The notes: generated from the letters alone by a model not told the origin. 64,000 nt of DNA from an uncultured Pseudomonadota bacterium (GCA_963843375.1 CAWJKT010000001.1:224001-288000), one strand, 5' to 3'. Shown: positions 23,207 to 34,321, numbered from the stretch's first letter. Numbers and translations are program-made.

Positions 23207-24092
23207 GTTGCCTAGGTGGAAAATCGGGAAAAGTGCTTGAGGGCAGTTGATGAATTTTTTGGGAAGAATCCAAAAATCTTGCCGCTAGTTCGATAAGGGG
23301 TTTTCGGATTTTTGGATGTAGAAAATTAGGATCCATTTCCAAAAGCGGAAAGAGAACAAAAGCTTTTGTTTCGATATTAGGATGGGGTAGGGTGAATTCG
23401 CGGGATTTTTGGACACGATTTCCCCAAAGAATAAGATCAATGTCTAATGATCGGGGCCCAAGGGGATTATGGGTGGGAATGCGGCCTGCTTTTGTTTCGA
23501 GAACTTCTGCCCATTTTCTAATCTCTTTTGGTAATTCCTGAGTTTCGATGGCTAAGACTAAGTTCCAAAATGGTTTCTGCCGGATAAAGCCGACCGGTGA
23601 GGTTTCGTACACGTGTGACTGCCCAAGAATAGAATATCTTTTTTCAATTTCGCTCAAAGCAAATCGAAGATTTTTCTTTGGATGAATGTTCGAGCCCAGA
23701 CTTAAATATATTAATTTTGAGGTTTGGGTACGGGACGCTCCACGGTAGATTTCAACGCCGACATTTTTAGAACCTCTGACAGCGCCTGGTTTTGAAACGG
23801 ACAAATAAATTTCAGGAAGCTTAAAATTATATAAAAGGGAATCTGCCAATTTTTCAGCCAAGGTTTCAATCAGCTGAAATTGACTTTTTTCGACAAAAAG
23901 AATGGCGCTTTTAGCAATCTTTTTATAATTGAAAGTAGCTGCTATATCGTCCTGTCGGGATACTTTCCGGATATTGCAAGGGAATTTAATGTCTATTAAA
24001 ACATCTTGTTTTTGTCTTCGTTCCCAATCAAATATACCAATAATACAACGCACCTTTAAGCCTGTCAGGACGATAAAGTCTTTTTGAAACAA
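23196..24092 (-). CDS. folBK: Dihydroneopterin aldolase / HPPK fusion (FolB-FolK)
   Basis: N-terminal IIGIFDWER...FQLIETLAE...KPGA; C-terminal LSLGSN, YETSP, PRSLDIDL, LPHP. Confidence 0.9.
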   Translation of the reverse strand: MFQKDFIVLTGLKVRCIIGIFDWERRQKQDVLIDIKFPCNIRKVSRQDDIAATFNYKKIAKSAILFVEKSQFQLIETLAEKLADSLLYNFKLPEIYLSVSKPGAVRGSKNVGVEIYRGASRTQTSKLIYLSLGSNIHPKKNLRFALSEIEKRYSILGQSHVYETSPVGFIRQKPFWNLVLAIETQELPKEIRKWAEVLETKAGRIPTHNPLGPRSLDIDLILWGNRVQKSREFTLPHPNIETKAFVLFPLLEMDPNFLHPKIRKPLIELAARFLDSSQKIHQLPSSTFPDFPPRQLNK

Positions 24093-24233
24093 TTTAGGAC
24101 TCCTTTAGAATCGTATTTTGATTTTATTGTAAATTAGCAATTTCGATCACTTTTTTAGAATCAATTTTTGTAAAGAAGTCACTTTTGAAAAAAATAAGTT
24201 GACGCTTAGCTCACCATTTGTTTCCATGATTTT

Positions 24234-26568
24234 ATGAGCCCAACAAAATTGGTCATTCCTCGCCGCCCTATTCTTTTCGGTGCCCTTGGGTTTTGTTTTT
24301 TAAATATGATCCTTTTTGGAGACATTTTTTTCAAAGGGAGCGATTTAGTATTATCGAGCTTCCCAAACCGATTTATTCCTTCATTTTGTGGCTTGGCGTC
24401 AATTCGGGTTTGACCAGTTACGGTATGGCCATCTTACTTTGTGGAATCCCTACTATCTTTGCGGGACGCCATTTTTAGGAAATTTTGAGTCCGGCCTTTT
24501 GTATCCGCCAAACTGTCTCTTTTTGATCCTCCCATTGGGCTTGGCAATCAATATTGGAATCATTCTTCACGTTTATTTTGCGGGTTTCTTTACTTATTTG
24601 TGGGCCAACTATCGGGGCCTTCATCCCCTTTCGGCTTTTGTGGCTGGGACCGTTTTCATGTTTGGCGGGGCATATTTCCTTCACTTATATGCTGGTCACT
24701 TACCTAATTTGTGCACAATGATTTGGGCGCCCCTTTTATTTTTATCAATCGATGGTTTGGTACAGAAAGTTTCCATTAAGTGGATTCTTCTGGGCATCTT
24801 TGCCGTTGGGATGCAAATTTTAGCGGGGCACCTACAATATGTTTATTTTACAGCAATCATTTCAAGTCTTTATCTTTTATTAAATTTGCGGGGCAATAAA
24901 AATAAATTAGAAATTATTTTAAGTTTTTTGGTTTTTTACGTTGGAGCAGCACTATTAACTGCCGCTCAATTGTGGACAGGCCTAGAAGCCATTTCGGAAT
25001 GCGGTCGTAACATTCCCTTGGAATATGATACGGCAAGTTCCTTTTCTTTTCCGCCTGAAAATTTATTGACTCTTGTATTGCCAGAGTTTTTTGGAAATCT
25101 TTCGACTGTTCATTATTGGGGCCGGTGGTTTCTTTGGGAAGTATCTTTATTTATCGGGATAACGGCTTTTTTCTTTGTCCTTTTGGCGATTTTCTCATCC
25201 GAGCCTAAAAAAAGACGATGGGCGTTAACAACGATGGTTATTGCGTTGATTTTTTCCCTGGGAGCTTTTACGCCGCTTTTTCATTTTTTGTATGATTATG
25301 TTCCCGGGTTTAATGAATTGCGCGGGATCTGCAAATTCGATTTTTTGGCCAGTTTGTTTTTGGCATTGCTTTCTGGAATCGGATTTGATTCATTGTTTAA
25401 TGAAAAAACAAAGTTAAAGTGGCCAGTATTTATTGTTATTTTTTTGGGGTTTATTTTTTTTGGTTCAGAATTATTCATTCTTAATTCTATTAAAGATGGT
25501 TTAAATGGTGATTGGGGAAGATGGTTTTGTAATCTTCGCTGGTTAAAAAATTCACTCCTCCCATTGGATTTGGGAATAAAAATGCAATACGTTCAAGAAT
25601 CCGGTTTCCACGCGGCTTTTAGTCTTTTGATGGGTGGGTTGACCTGTACTTTATTGGCCCTCCTGTTAACGATTCAAAAAATAGTTCCGAAATTTATTCA
25701 TCTAATCGCGGTGCTGGCAATTGTTGAGTTGTTTGTCTTCGCAAGGATTAATCGGCCAACCTTTGAATTGTCCACCCTTCAAAATCGCTACGATTCGCTA
25801 CGTGATTTTTATTCGAAAAACCCTGGAGATTATCGAGTTTATGGAACAGGTAGCGCTTCCTTAGTTACGGGTGGAAATGATATTTGGGAGGATGAACCGA
25901 TGGTTTTAGGGCGTTATGGCCGGTTCGTTTGTAAAACCCAGGGCCTGTCGGAAAATCAATTATTTTCTGCTCTTCCGATTTTTAAAAAATTTCCTCCCAT
26001 CTTGGGAATTACAAGGCTCAAATATCGAGTATTAATAAATGAAAACCCTATTCGAATTTCTCCGTTTAATTTCAAGGTTTTGCCCCGAATGCAACTGGTA
26101 AATCGTTGGGAAGTTATTCCGGATGGACGAAAAGTTTTGGATGCAATGTTCGATCCCGCCTTCAATCCAGCCCAAAAGGTTTACTTACAGAGCGCTCCCG
26201 AACCTGCTCCGGCCAGCGTTGGGTTTGGAGGAACGGTGGAATGGAAAGATATTTCGACGGATAAAATCGAAATTAAAGCTCAAACCACTAGTTCAAGTCT
26301 CTTGTTGATCACGGACAATTACAGTTCCGGATGGAAAGCTGAAAGTCTTCCTGGAAGTGTACAGTCTGAATATCGCGTCATTCCGGGGGATTACTTTTTG
26401 CGTGTTATTCCTCTCAAGTCAGGGACGCATCATTTTATTTTAGAATACCGGCCAACGGCATTTGAGATTGGCAAATGGGTTTCCATTCTTTCTTGTATTT
26501 TGTATTTTGGTGTGTTCTTATTCTGTTTGAGAAAAGTCTCATTATTCCCGATTAAGGTTTTAACATGA
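24234..26568 (+). CDS. YfhO-family polytopic membrane protein, putative GT-C glycosyltransferase (frameshift near 24362)
   Basis: LWNPYYLCGTPF...LLYP, many TMs, C-terminal TDNYSSGWKA...GTHHFILEYRP; upstream frame from ATG 24234 supplies the first TM. Confidence 0.75.
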
Positions 26569-27443
26569 AAATTAGAGATTTATTTGACCAAAAAAAGAGG
26601 GTGTTATCCTTTGAACTTTCCGCACCTCGCGACAACAACGTCGATGGTCTTTTTCGAACGGTGGAAGAGTTAAAGAGATTAAAGCCGGATTATATTTCCA
26701 TCACTTACGGAGCGGGGGGATCCTCGCGGGATATGACCTTTGGAATTGCCGTTCGGTTGAAAGAAGTAGGCGCCTTGCCTCTTATGCATTTCACATGTGT
26801 TGGGCATTCTCGGTTTGAAATCAAGGATTTGCTGGATCAAGTAAAGTCTGCTGGAATTGAAAATATATTGGCTTTACGAGGTGATCCGCCCCGTGGAACG
26901 AATTCTTTCGTACCAGCGCCTGATGGTTTTAGGTATGCCAATGAACTGATCGAGTTTATCCGATCCGAGGGTTATGATTTTTGTTTGGGGATTGCGGGTT
27001 ACCCCGAAGGCCATACCGAAGCGAAAAGCCTGGAAGAAGATATTCAAAATCTTAGGCGAAAGATTGACGCAGGTGGTCAATACATCATTACTCAGCTATA
27101 TTTTGACAATCGGGACTATTTCAAATATGTCGAGCGGCTCCGGAAAATGGGCATCAGTCTCCCGGTTCAACCCGGAGTCTGGCTTTTAACCGATTATGCG
27201 CAGACTCAAAGAATTTGTAATCTTTGCGGTGCTAAGATTCCAGAAGATGTCGTAAAACATTTAGAGTTGATTAAGGAAGATAAAGAAAAAGTAACCCAAT
27301 TTGGGATTGAATATGCAACTCGTCAATGTGAGGAACTTTTGAAAAATGGAGCGCCAGGAATCCATTTTTATGTTTTGAATAAGAGTCACGCGGTCCAAGC
27401 TGTTCTTCAAAATTTGAAAGACAAAAATTTGATTTTTGATTGA
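26565..27443 (+). CDS. metF: 5,10-methylenetetrahydrofolate reductase
   Basis: ITYGAGG, ILALRGDPP, AGYPEGH, ITQLYFD, GIHFYVLN. Confidence 0.95.
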   Translation: MKIRDLFDQKKRVLSFELSAPRDNNVDGLFRTVEELKRLKPDYISITYGAGGSSRDMTFGIAVRLKEVGALPLMHFTCVGHSRFEIKDLLDQVKSAGIENILALRGDPPRGTNSFVPAPDGFRYANELIEFIRSEGYDFCLGIAGYPEGHTEAKSLEEDIQNLRRKIDAGGQYIITQLYFDNRDYFKYVERLRKMGISLPVQPGVWLLTDYAQTQRICNLCGAKIPEDVVKHLELIKEDKEKVTQFGIEYATRQCEELLKNGAPGIHFYVLNKSHAVQAVLQNLKDKNLIFD

Positions 27444-27586
27444 GAGCTTAGGGAAGTGCTTTTTAATTATGATTCACTAAAATTTGATTGTTTGATCGGC
27501 CCCAACACTGAGCTTTTCCTCCTTTGAATGAAACCTTTTCGGATATATACTAACTTCGTGATATTAATTGATCTTGTTACACGGAG

Positions 27587-28027
27587 ATGGGCATGACCGA
27601 TACCGCATCCATATTTAGCCGTCTTAGGCACGTTTTACAAAATACCTATTTTTTCCAATCCTTGAAATTAAACGAATTAGATGAATTGATCGGTCATCTT
27701 CGGATGATACGCGTTCAAAAGGGTTATGAAATCATTAAGCAAGGTGATCCGGGAGACGCCTTTTATTTGATTGCTTCCGGGAAAGTCTCAATTTGGATGA
27801 AGAAGGGGTTTCGTAAATCCCAGGTGGCAACTCTTGGTGTCGATGAATTCTTTGGTGAAATGGCACTTATTTCAAATGAGCCCCGTAACGCGACAGTCGT
27901 TTCCGAGGAAGTAACCGAACTCTTTATACTTCAACGATACGATTTTGACAAAATTTTGATGAAAAACCCTGTTATCGCCCAGGAATTAAAAAAATCCTAT
28001 TATGAACGTAAAGAAAAGAACAAGTAA
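27587..28027 (+). CDS. Stand-alone cyclic-nucleotide-binding domain protein
   Basis: IIKQGDPGDAFYLIASG...FFGEMALISNEPRNATV phosphate-binding cassette; no HTH. Confidence 0.85.
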   Translation: MGMTDTASIFSRLRHVLQNTYFFQSLKLNELDELIGHLRMIRVQKGYEIIKQGDPGDAFYLIASGKVSIWMKKGFRKSQVATLGVDEFFGEMALISNEPRNATVVSEEVTELFILQRYDFDKILMKNPVIAQELKKSYYERKEKNK

Positions 28028-28042
28028 CCTCCCCAAAGAGAA

Positions 28043-28071
28043 TTGACAACATTCCGAAAGATTGGCATATT
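28043..28071 (+). promoter_or_regulatory. Sigma70-like promoter for tRNA-tilS
   Basis: TTGACA-17 bp-CATATT with extended -10 TG. Confidence 0.6.
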
Positions 28072-28179
28072 CACTGGCCCGGCTCTTCCAAAGATTCATG
28101 GGACAAGCTAGTAGCCCTGTTTGTTTGTCCATCCGCTTGTTCTGTTTTTAGGCAAGTTGGGAAGGGCAAACCACCGGAT

Positions 28180-28256
28180 GGCGGGGTAGCTCAGTTGGTC
28201 AGAGCAACGGTTTCATAATCCGTAGGTCGAGAGTTCGAGTCTCTCCCCCGCTACCA
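28180..28256 (+). tRNA. tRNA with CAT anticodon, most likely elongator tRNA-Met
   Basis: GGCGGGG/CCCCGCT acceptor (G2-C71, C3-G70), TTCATAA loop, GAGTTCGAGTCTC T arm, CCA end. Confidence 0.9.
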
Positions 28257-28286
28257 ATATTTATTTCCATCCGAAGAAGGTCCAGC

Positions 28287-29291
28287 ATGCCAACCCAATG
28301 GGTGTTGCCGTCTTTTCCTTTTTCCCCTAGAGCCCGGCTTATCGTGGGTGTGTCCGGTGGCGCCGATTCTTTGGGACTTCTTATTTATTTAAAAGAATAT
28401 TTGCCACAAGCTGCTAAACGTTTGGTGGTGGCCCATGTCAACTACGGATTGAGGGGCCGAGATTCACAGCTGGATGAAGAAAAGGTGCGACAGTTATGTA
28501 AAAAAGAAAATCTTGAATTTCGGCGTTTCCATGTGAAAAGTCTGAAAGTAAGAGCAAAAAAAGAAAAAAAATCTCTTCAAGAATTGGCTCGAGAAATTCG
28601 TTATTCTTTTTTTCAAAAAATGGCCCAGGAGGAAAGGGCCTGGGGTGTAGCGGTAGCTCATCACCGGGAGGACCAAGCCGAGACAGTTTTAGATCGGTTA
28701 TTAAGAGGAGCGGGTACAAGAGGACTCTCGGGTTTGAGGCCAGTTCAAACCTTGAATTTTTTGGGCGGCGAAAAGTCATTGAAGGTCTGGCGACCCCTTT
28801 TATCCTTTTCAAAGGACGAGATTCGAGTTTATTTGAAAGAACAAGGAATTAAATGGAGGGAAGATAAATCCAACCGAAAAACCGATTACCGCCGCAACCA
28901 AATTCGTCATCAAATTATGCCTTTTCTTTCCCGTTGGAACAGCAATCTCTCACAGACGCTTGCCCGGATAGGAGATATCTCTTCCGCCGAAGATCAGGTT
29001 TTGGAAAGCTTTTTGGTTTCCGTTGAAAAGAAAGTGAAAAGTCAGTGGCTTCGCGGGGTCTATTATTGCCAGGCCGATAATTTTCAAAAGATGCCTTTAG
29101 CCCTTCAAAGAAGGTGGATTCGATATGTCAGCGAGAAATTAACGGCCAAGGCAAGAGGATTTTCCTTTGATCGGATTGGGGAAGTTATTCGCCTATGGGA
29201 AGGAAAGGAAAATGGCCCAAGGGACCTGGGATTTGGGTTAACTGCTGGAAAGAGTGGAAACAAGGCTTTTTTACGATTGATGAGAGGGTAA
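28287..29291 (+). CDS. tilS: tRNA(Ile)-lysidine synthetase
   Basis: SGGADS, AHVNYGLRG, AHHREDQAETV, RPLL, RNQIR; upstream of ftsH. Confidence 0.93.
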   Translation: MPTQWVLPSFPFSPRARLIVGVSGGADSLGLLIYLKEYLPQAAKRLVVAHVNYGLRGRDSQLDEEKVRQLCKKENLEFRRFHVKSLKVRAKKEKKSLQELAREIRYSFFQKMAQEERAWGVAVAHHREDQAETVLDRLLRGAGTRGLSGLRPVQTLNFLGGEKSLKVWRPLLSFSKDEIRVYLKEQGIKWREDKSNRKTDYRRNQIRHQIMPFLSRWNSNLSQTLARIGDISSAEDQVLESFLVSVEKKVKSQWLRGVYYCQADNFQKMPLALQRRWIRYVSEKLTAKARGFSFDRIGEVIRLWEGKENGPRDLGFGLTAGKSGNKAFLRLMRG

Positions 29292-29473
29292 AGCTCGGTT
29301 TTCTTGGACTAGGTGTAGGATTCTTATGGTCCGAGTCTTGAACATTTTCCATACCGATGGCACTCTTTTCCCATTGCTTGCAAATAGAAAAGAAGCTCAG
29401 TTATGATACGGTTCCTTGTTTCTTTAAGGAAATGTTCCTAGGTTGAACCTAACGTTCCCGTTGTTACTTTCAT

Positions 29474-31420
29474 GTGAGGAGTGCTTCTTTGAATCAGACT
29501 TTTAAAATTATTGCCGGATGGTTGTTGGCCTTTGTCATTGTTATGTATTTCATCCAACAAACGAATAAAACGAAGTCCCAAAATGAATGGGATTATTCCC
29601 AGTTTGTCGCATCGGTTCAGGCGGGTGACACCCAATCCGTGACCATCCATTCCGAAGACCATTTGATCACGGGGATATCCAAGGACAAGACGGAATTTAA
29701 AGTTTTTGAGCCGGATGACCCCAATTTGGTCAAAATGCTTTTAGATAAAAATGTGCAAGTGAAAGTTGAATCACCCATGCGGTTGGGAATGTTCTGGACC
29801 ATCGTTTTGAATCTGGCGCCCTATCTGCTGATCATTGGATGGTTCGTATTTATGATGCGCCAAGCCCAATCGGGCAGTGGGGGGGCATTAGCTTTCGGAA
29901 AAAGCCGTGCTCGTTTGATGACCTCGGGCCAGCAAAAGGTGACTTTTGCGGATGTGGCTGGCGTTGATGAAGCCAAGACAGAATTGATGGAAGTGGTTGA
30001 TTTTCTAAAGGACCCTAAAAAGTACCAACTACTTGGAGGGAAAATACCCAAAGGCGTCATCTTATTGGGCCCCCCTGGAACTGGAAAAACCCTCCTAGCC
30101 AAAGCGGTGGCGGGAGAGGCGGGTGTGCCTTTTTTCTCAATCTCAGGTTCTGATTTTGTGGAAATGTTTGTGGGTGTTGGCGCGGCCCGGGTTCGGGATT
30201 TGTTTGAGCAAGGTAAAAAACACGCCCCCTGTATTATCTTCATCGATGAAATCGATGCGGTTGGGCGACAACGAGGTGCCGGGTTAGGTGGAGGGCACGA
30301 TGAAAGGGAGCAAACTTTAAATGCCATGCTTGTGGAAATGGACGGGTTCAATACCAATACGGGAGTCATTCTTATTGCGGCGACGAACCGAATGGATGTC
30401 CTAGACCCCGCGCTCCTGCGGCCGGGACGATTTGACCGGCAAGTGGTTGTGGATCGTCCTGATTTGGCGGGACGGGAAGCCATTCTTCGTGTCCATGCGA
30501 AAAACGTAAAATTAGCCGACGGGGTGGATTTGGGAGTAATCGCCCGACGTACTCCTGGCTTTTCAGGCGCGGACTTGGCAAACCTGATCAACGAAGCGGC
30601 GTTATTAGCCGCTCGTAGGAATAAAAAGGCCGTTGAGATGCCGGAACTAGAAGAAGCCATCGATAGGGTCATGGCGGGTCCGGAACGCCGCACCCGTGTT
30701 ATTTCCGATGAAGAAAAGAAAATCGTAGCCTACCACGAGTCGGGGCATACCATCGTTGGAAAAATGGTCGACAAATCCCATTCCGTTCACAAGGTTTCTA
30801 TCATTCCCAGGGGGCACGCTGCCTTGGGCGCCACTTGGTATCTTCCAAACGAGGAGCGTTTCCTGGCATCAAAAACCGAACTCTTGCACCGTATTACCGC
30901 CCTTTTAGGTGGGCGATCGGCTGAGGAGCTAACTTTTGGCGATGTCACAACGGGGGCCGGGGACGATTTGAACCGCGCCACCGAAATCGCACGGGCCATG
31001 ATTTGTGAATATGGTATGAGCGAAAAATTAGGATCCATAACTCTTGGTAAAAAAGACGATATGGTCTTCATTGGACGCGACATGATGAAAGAGAAAAGCT
31101 ATTCCGAGCAAACTGCCCAAACCATTGATGGAGAAGTGAAACGCATTGTGGAAGAATGCCACAAAAAGGCAATGGATATTCTCAAAAAGAACCGTAAGTT
31201 CCTTAAGATTATGGCGGAAGCCCTTTTGGAAAGGGAAATCCTCGATAGCACGGATGTGGATAATATTTTAGCCGGAAGAAAGATTGCGCCTAAAGCACCT
31301 TCCAAGGATTCGACGCCTCCTCCCGCTCCTTCGAATTCGGCGCCTGTAACACCCAATGTGGTATTAAAGCCTCAAACAGCCCCTTCCCAGGCTATTCAAA
31401 GCGGAGGGCGGTTTGGATAA
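29474..31420 (+). CDS. ftsH: ATP-dependent zinc metalloprotease FtsH
   Basis: Two TMs, [32 protein letters not shown]. Confidence 0.97.
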   Translation: MRSASLNQTFKIIAGWLLAFVIVMYFIQQTNKTKSQNEWDYSQFVASVQAGDTQSVTIHSEDHLITGISKDKTEFKVFEPDDPNLVKMLLDKNVQVKVESPMRLGMFWTIVLNLAPYLLIIGWFVFMMRQAQSGSGGALAFGKSRARLMTSGQQKVTFADVAGVDEAKTELMEVVDFLKDPKKYQLLGGKIPKGVILLGPPGTGKTLLAKAVAGEAGVPFFSISGSDFVEMFVGVGAARVRDLFEQGKKHAPCIIFIDEIDAVGRQRGAGLGGGHDEREQTLNAMLVEMDGFNTNTGVILIAATNRMDVLDPALLRPGRFDRQVVVDRPDLAGREAILRVHAKNVKLADGVDLGVIARRTPGFSGADLANLINEAALLAARRNKKAVEMPELEEAIDRVMAGPERRTRVISDEEKKIVAYHESGHTIVGKMVDKSHSVHKVSIIPRGHAALGATWYLPNEERFLASKTELLHRITALLGGRSAEELTFGDVTTGAGDDLNRATEIARAMICEYGMSEKLGSITLGKKDDMVFIGRDMMKEKSYSEQTAQTIDGEVKRIVEECHKKAMDILKKNRKFLKIMAEALLEREILDSTDVDNILAGRKIAPKAPSKDSTPPPAPSNSAPVTPNVVLKPQTAPSQAIQSGGRFG

Positions 31421-31970
31421 AGCCCGAATCGAAAAGGCTGTCCTGGAAATTTTAATCGCCATTGGCGAGAATCCCCAGCGAGAGGGATTGAAGGACACTC
31501 CCAAAAGGGTGGCCAAAATGTACGAGGAAGTTTTCGCGGGGCTGGAGATTGATCCGAAGGAAATCATCACTATTTTCGAAACCGAAGGCCATGAAGAAAT
31601 GGTTATCCTCAAGGATATTCCGTTTTACTCCATGTGTGAGCACCATCTGCTTCCGTTTAATGGCAGGGCTCATGTGGCTTATATTCCCCGCAAAGACCGA
31701 TTGGCGGGACTTTCCAAGCTGGCGCGGGTTGTGGAGGCGGTTTCTCGGCGTCCTCAACTCCAGGAGCGTATTACCACTCAAATCGCCGATATTTTGATGA
31801 AGATATTAAAGCCACATGGAGTTTTTGTTATCGTGGAAGCTGAACATCTTTGCATGACTATGCGGGGAGTCAAAAAACCTGGATCCCGCATGACTACTTC
31901 CGCCGTCCGGGGTGTTTTCCAGAAAAACGAAATCACCCGTAAGGAAGCCCTTCAGTTGATTGGAAAGTAG
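31413..31970 (+). CDS. folE: GTP cyclohydrolase I
   Basis: [30 protein letters not shown]. Confidence 0.96.
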   Translation: MDKARIEKAVLEILIAIGENPQREGLKDTPKRVAKMYEEVFAGLEIDPKEIITIFETEGHEEMVILKDIPFYSMCEHHLLPFNGRAHVAYIPRKDRLAGLSKLARVVEAVSRRPQLQERITTQIADILMKILKPHGVFVIVEAEHLCMTMRGVKKPGSRMTTSAVRGVFQKNEITRKEALQLIGK

Positions 31971-31974
31971 GCCT

Positions 31975-33147
31975 ATGCCGCGTTTGAGCGGGGTTTCTTT
32001 CCGAATTCTTTATCCCGATCCATATAGTTTTCCACGCGCGTTTTCTTTTTCTCCTGAAGTCATTTGTTCCGCCGAATTTTCATCCAAGTCCCAGGCCCTC
32101 CAGCTAGCGAAAAGATTTACTTTTTTGCCTTTCATCAAAAATATTGAATTTGTAAAAGATTCAAAGTTCAACCTGAAATGGAGCATTCACTTATCCGACA
32201 CCTTGTCGATTTTTAAAAAAATCAAAGATTTTCCCGAATTATCCCATCAAATGGATTTAGCTTTTAAAACCTATGGTTCCAAGAATTTATGGGAATTGAA
32301 AGGACGTGGAACCCAAAAGTTAAAAGGGAGGCGCCAGACCCAAATCATGGGTGTTCTCAATATCACCCCTGACTCCTTTTCAGATGGCGGTCGATATATC
32401 GATCCGGTTCTGGCTGCCGAAAGGGCGTTACGAATGCAAGAAGAAGGAGCCGATTGGGTGGATGTCGGAGGTGAATCCAGCCGGCCAGGAGCCAAGGCAG
32501 TATCAGTTTCGGAAGAAAAAAAGCGAATTTTGCCGGTTCTCAAGGCTTGTGCAAAAACTTTGCGGATACCTTTATCGGTGGATACTTATAAATCCGAGGT
32601 GGCTCGAGCCGCGGCGGGTGAAGGTGCCCAAATGATCAACGATATCGGTGCCTTGGGGCTTGATCCAGGAATGGGAAGATTAATGGCCCGCTTAAAATTG
32701 CCGGTAATCTTGATGCATATGCGGGGAAAACCCGGGACCATGCAGAAGAATCCCGTTTACCGAGATGTAGTGGGAAATATATTGTCTTTTTTTCGAGACC
32801 GAATCGCTTACGCCCGTGGATGCGGCATTTCCGAGAACCGCCTTTTGATCGACCCGGGTTTTGGTTTCGGTAAAACGGCTTGGCACAATATGGAAATTAC
32901 CCGTCGACTTTGGGAATTTAAGGTTTTGGGCCGCCCCATCGTAATAGGTCCCTCGCGCAAATCCACCTTGGGGCTTCTACTAGGAGGCCTGCCGCCTGAA
33001 GAAAGAGTCGAAGCCACTGGAGCAGTGGTGACGGCGTCAATTCTTAGAGGAGCCGATTTTGTCCGAGTTCATGATGTTCAAAGTATGAGCCGTGTGGTAA
33101 AAATAGCTGATGCAATTCGTTATGACCGGGGATTATCCGCACCATGA
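31975..33147 (+). CDS. folP: Dihydropteroate synthase with ~120-aa N-terminal extension
   Basis: MGVLNITPDSFSDGG, GGESSRPG, IDPGFGFGK, SRKS, VRVHDV. Confidence 0.93.
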   Translation: MPRLSGVSFRILYPDPYSFPRAFSFSPEVICSAEFSSKSQALQLAKRFTFLPFIKNIEFVKDSKFNLKWSIHLSDTLSIFKKIKDFPELSHQMDLAFKTYGSKNLWELKGRGTQKLKGRRQTQIMGVLNITPDSFSDGGRYIDPVLAAERALRMQEEGADWVDVGGESSRPGAKAVSVSEEKKRILPVLKACAKTLRIPLSVDTYKSEVARAAAGEGAQMINDIGALGLDPGMGRLMARLKLPVILMHMRGKPGTMQKNPVYRDVVGNILSFFRDRIAYARGCGISENRLLIDPGFGFGKTAWHNMEITRRLWEFKVLGRPIVIGPSRKSTLGLLLGGLPPEERVEATGAVVTASILRGADFVRVHDVQSMSRVVKIADAIRYDRGLSAP

Positions 33148-33908
33148 ATATTTTAATCGCCCTCTTTGCCAATTTCCGACTGGTCGACGCTCTAGATATT
33201 GTGGTTGTTTCCTTCGTGATCTACCAACTTTTGCTGTTGATCCGTGAGGTTCATGCCACCCGAATCGTAGTCGGATTTGGGATTTTATTCATGGCAGCGG
33301 CCATTGCCAGCCAGTTCCACCTCTTGACGTTGGACTGGCTTTTAAGCAACGTGGGCCCCTTTGTCGTTATTTCCTTCGTGGTGGTTTTCCAACCGGACCT
33401 GCGTCGTATTATCACTCAAATCGGACGGGGAGGTTTTTGGGGCGGGGTTTTCCAGGGTGAGGCGGCCCTTTTTAAGGAAATCACCTCCGCGGTGAGGGAC
33501 CTGGTTAAGACCCGCCGAGGAGCCTTGATTGTCATCGAACGGGATGACAGTCTTCAAAGTGTCATCGAAACAGGCACCAAAATTGAGGCTGATGTCACAG
33601 CCGAATTGTTGGTAACACTTTTCGTGCCGCATTCGCCCCTGCATGATGGGGCCGTGATTATTCGTGGTGGCAAGATTGCCGCAGCGGGATGTATTTTGCC
33701 TTTGAGCCAGAATCTTAATCTCAGCAAATCCTATGGGACTAGGCACCGGGCGGCAGTTGGTATTACCGAGGAGACGGATTCCTTGGCCATTGTCGTTTCC
33801 GAAGAAAACCATACCATCGCTTTCACCATGGCGGGGAAAATAACCCCTGAAATTGATGGTAATACTCTAGAAGAAATGTTGACCCTTTATGGCACCAAAG
33901 TGGATTGA
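33144..33908 (+). CDS. cdaA: Diadenylate cyclase CdaA
   Basis: Three TMs, PLHDGA, GTRHRAA, VVSEE. Confidence 0.93.
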   Translation: MNILIALFANFRLVDALDIVVVSFVIYQLLLLIREVHATRIVVGFGILFMAAAIASQFHLLTLDWLLSNVGPFVVISFVVVFQPDLRRIITQIGRGGFWGGVFQGEAALFKEITSAVRDLVKTRRGALIVIERDDSLQSVIETGTKIEADVTAELLVTLFVPHSPLHDGAVIIRGGKIAAAGCILPLSQNLNLSKSYGTRHRAAVGITEETDSLAIVVSEENHTIAFTMAGKITPEIDGNTLEEMLTLYGTKVD

Positions 33909-33917
33909 GGTATTAGG

Positions 33918-34319
33918 ATGAAACGTTGGATACTTGAAAATTTCAATTTGAAGGTTTTGGCGGTCTTCATTGCGTTTCTTCTTTGGGCCTACGTCGACTT
34001 AAAACAGGTTCTTGACCATAAGCATTTAACCCTTTACGTGGGATTAACGGATATACCCGCTGGTATGACCCCCGACCCCAATATGAAAACATCCGTTTCA
34101 GTGATGTTAATTGGAAAGAACGTGAAGGATTTGGAACCGGATGATTTGGATGCGACCGCGAGTCTAAAAGACGTTCAACCGGGTCAGGAAGAAATTGTGG
34201 TTAGGCCCAAAATCGAGCAATTGCCTGAGGGCGTGACGGCAAGTGTCCACGATTTAAAAGTTCATTTGGTGCCTTTGGACGCGGCCAAGGAACCCTCTAA
34301 GATACAATCGGTGAAATAA
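33918..34319 (+). CDS. Short CdaR/YbbR-like protein
   Basis: NFNLKVLAVFIAFLLWAYV anchor directly after cdaA; room for one YbbR-like domain. Confidence 0.7.
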   Translation: MKRWILENFNLKVLAVFIAFLLWAYVDLKQVLDHKHLTLYVGLTDIPAGMTPDPNMKTSVSVMLIGKNVKDLEPDDLDATASLKDVQPGQEEIVVRPKIEQLPEGVTASVHDLKVHLVPLDAAKEPSKIQSVK

Positions 34320-34321
34320 AC

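Noticed and set aside
29821..30693. Long antisense ORFs (also 35652-36377, 38906-39628, 49742-50326, 51978-52718)
   Set aside because: Shadow frames opposite well-supported genes, with no recognisable motifs.
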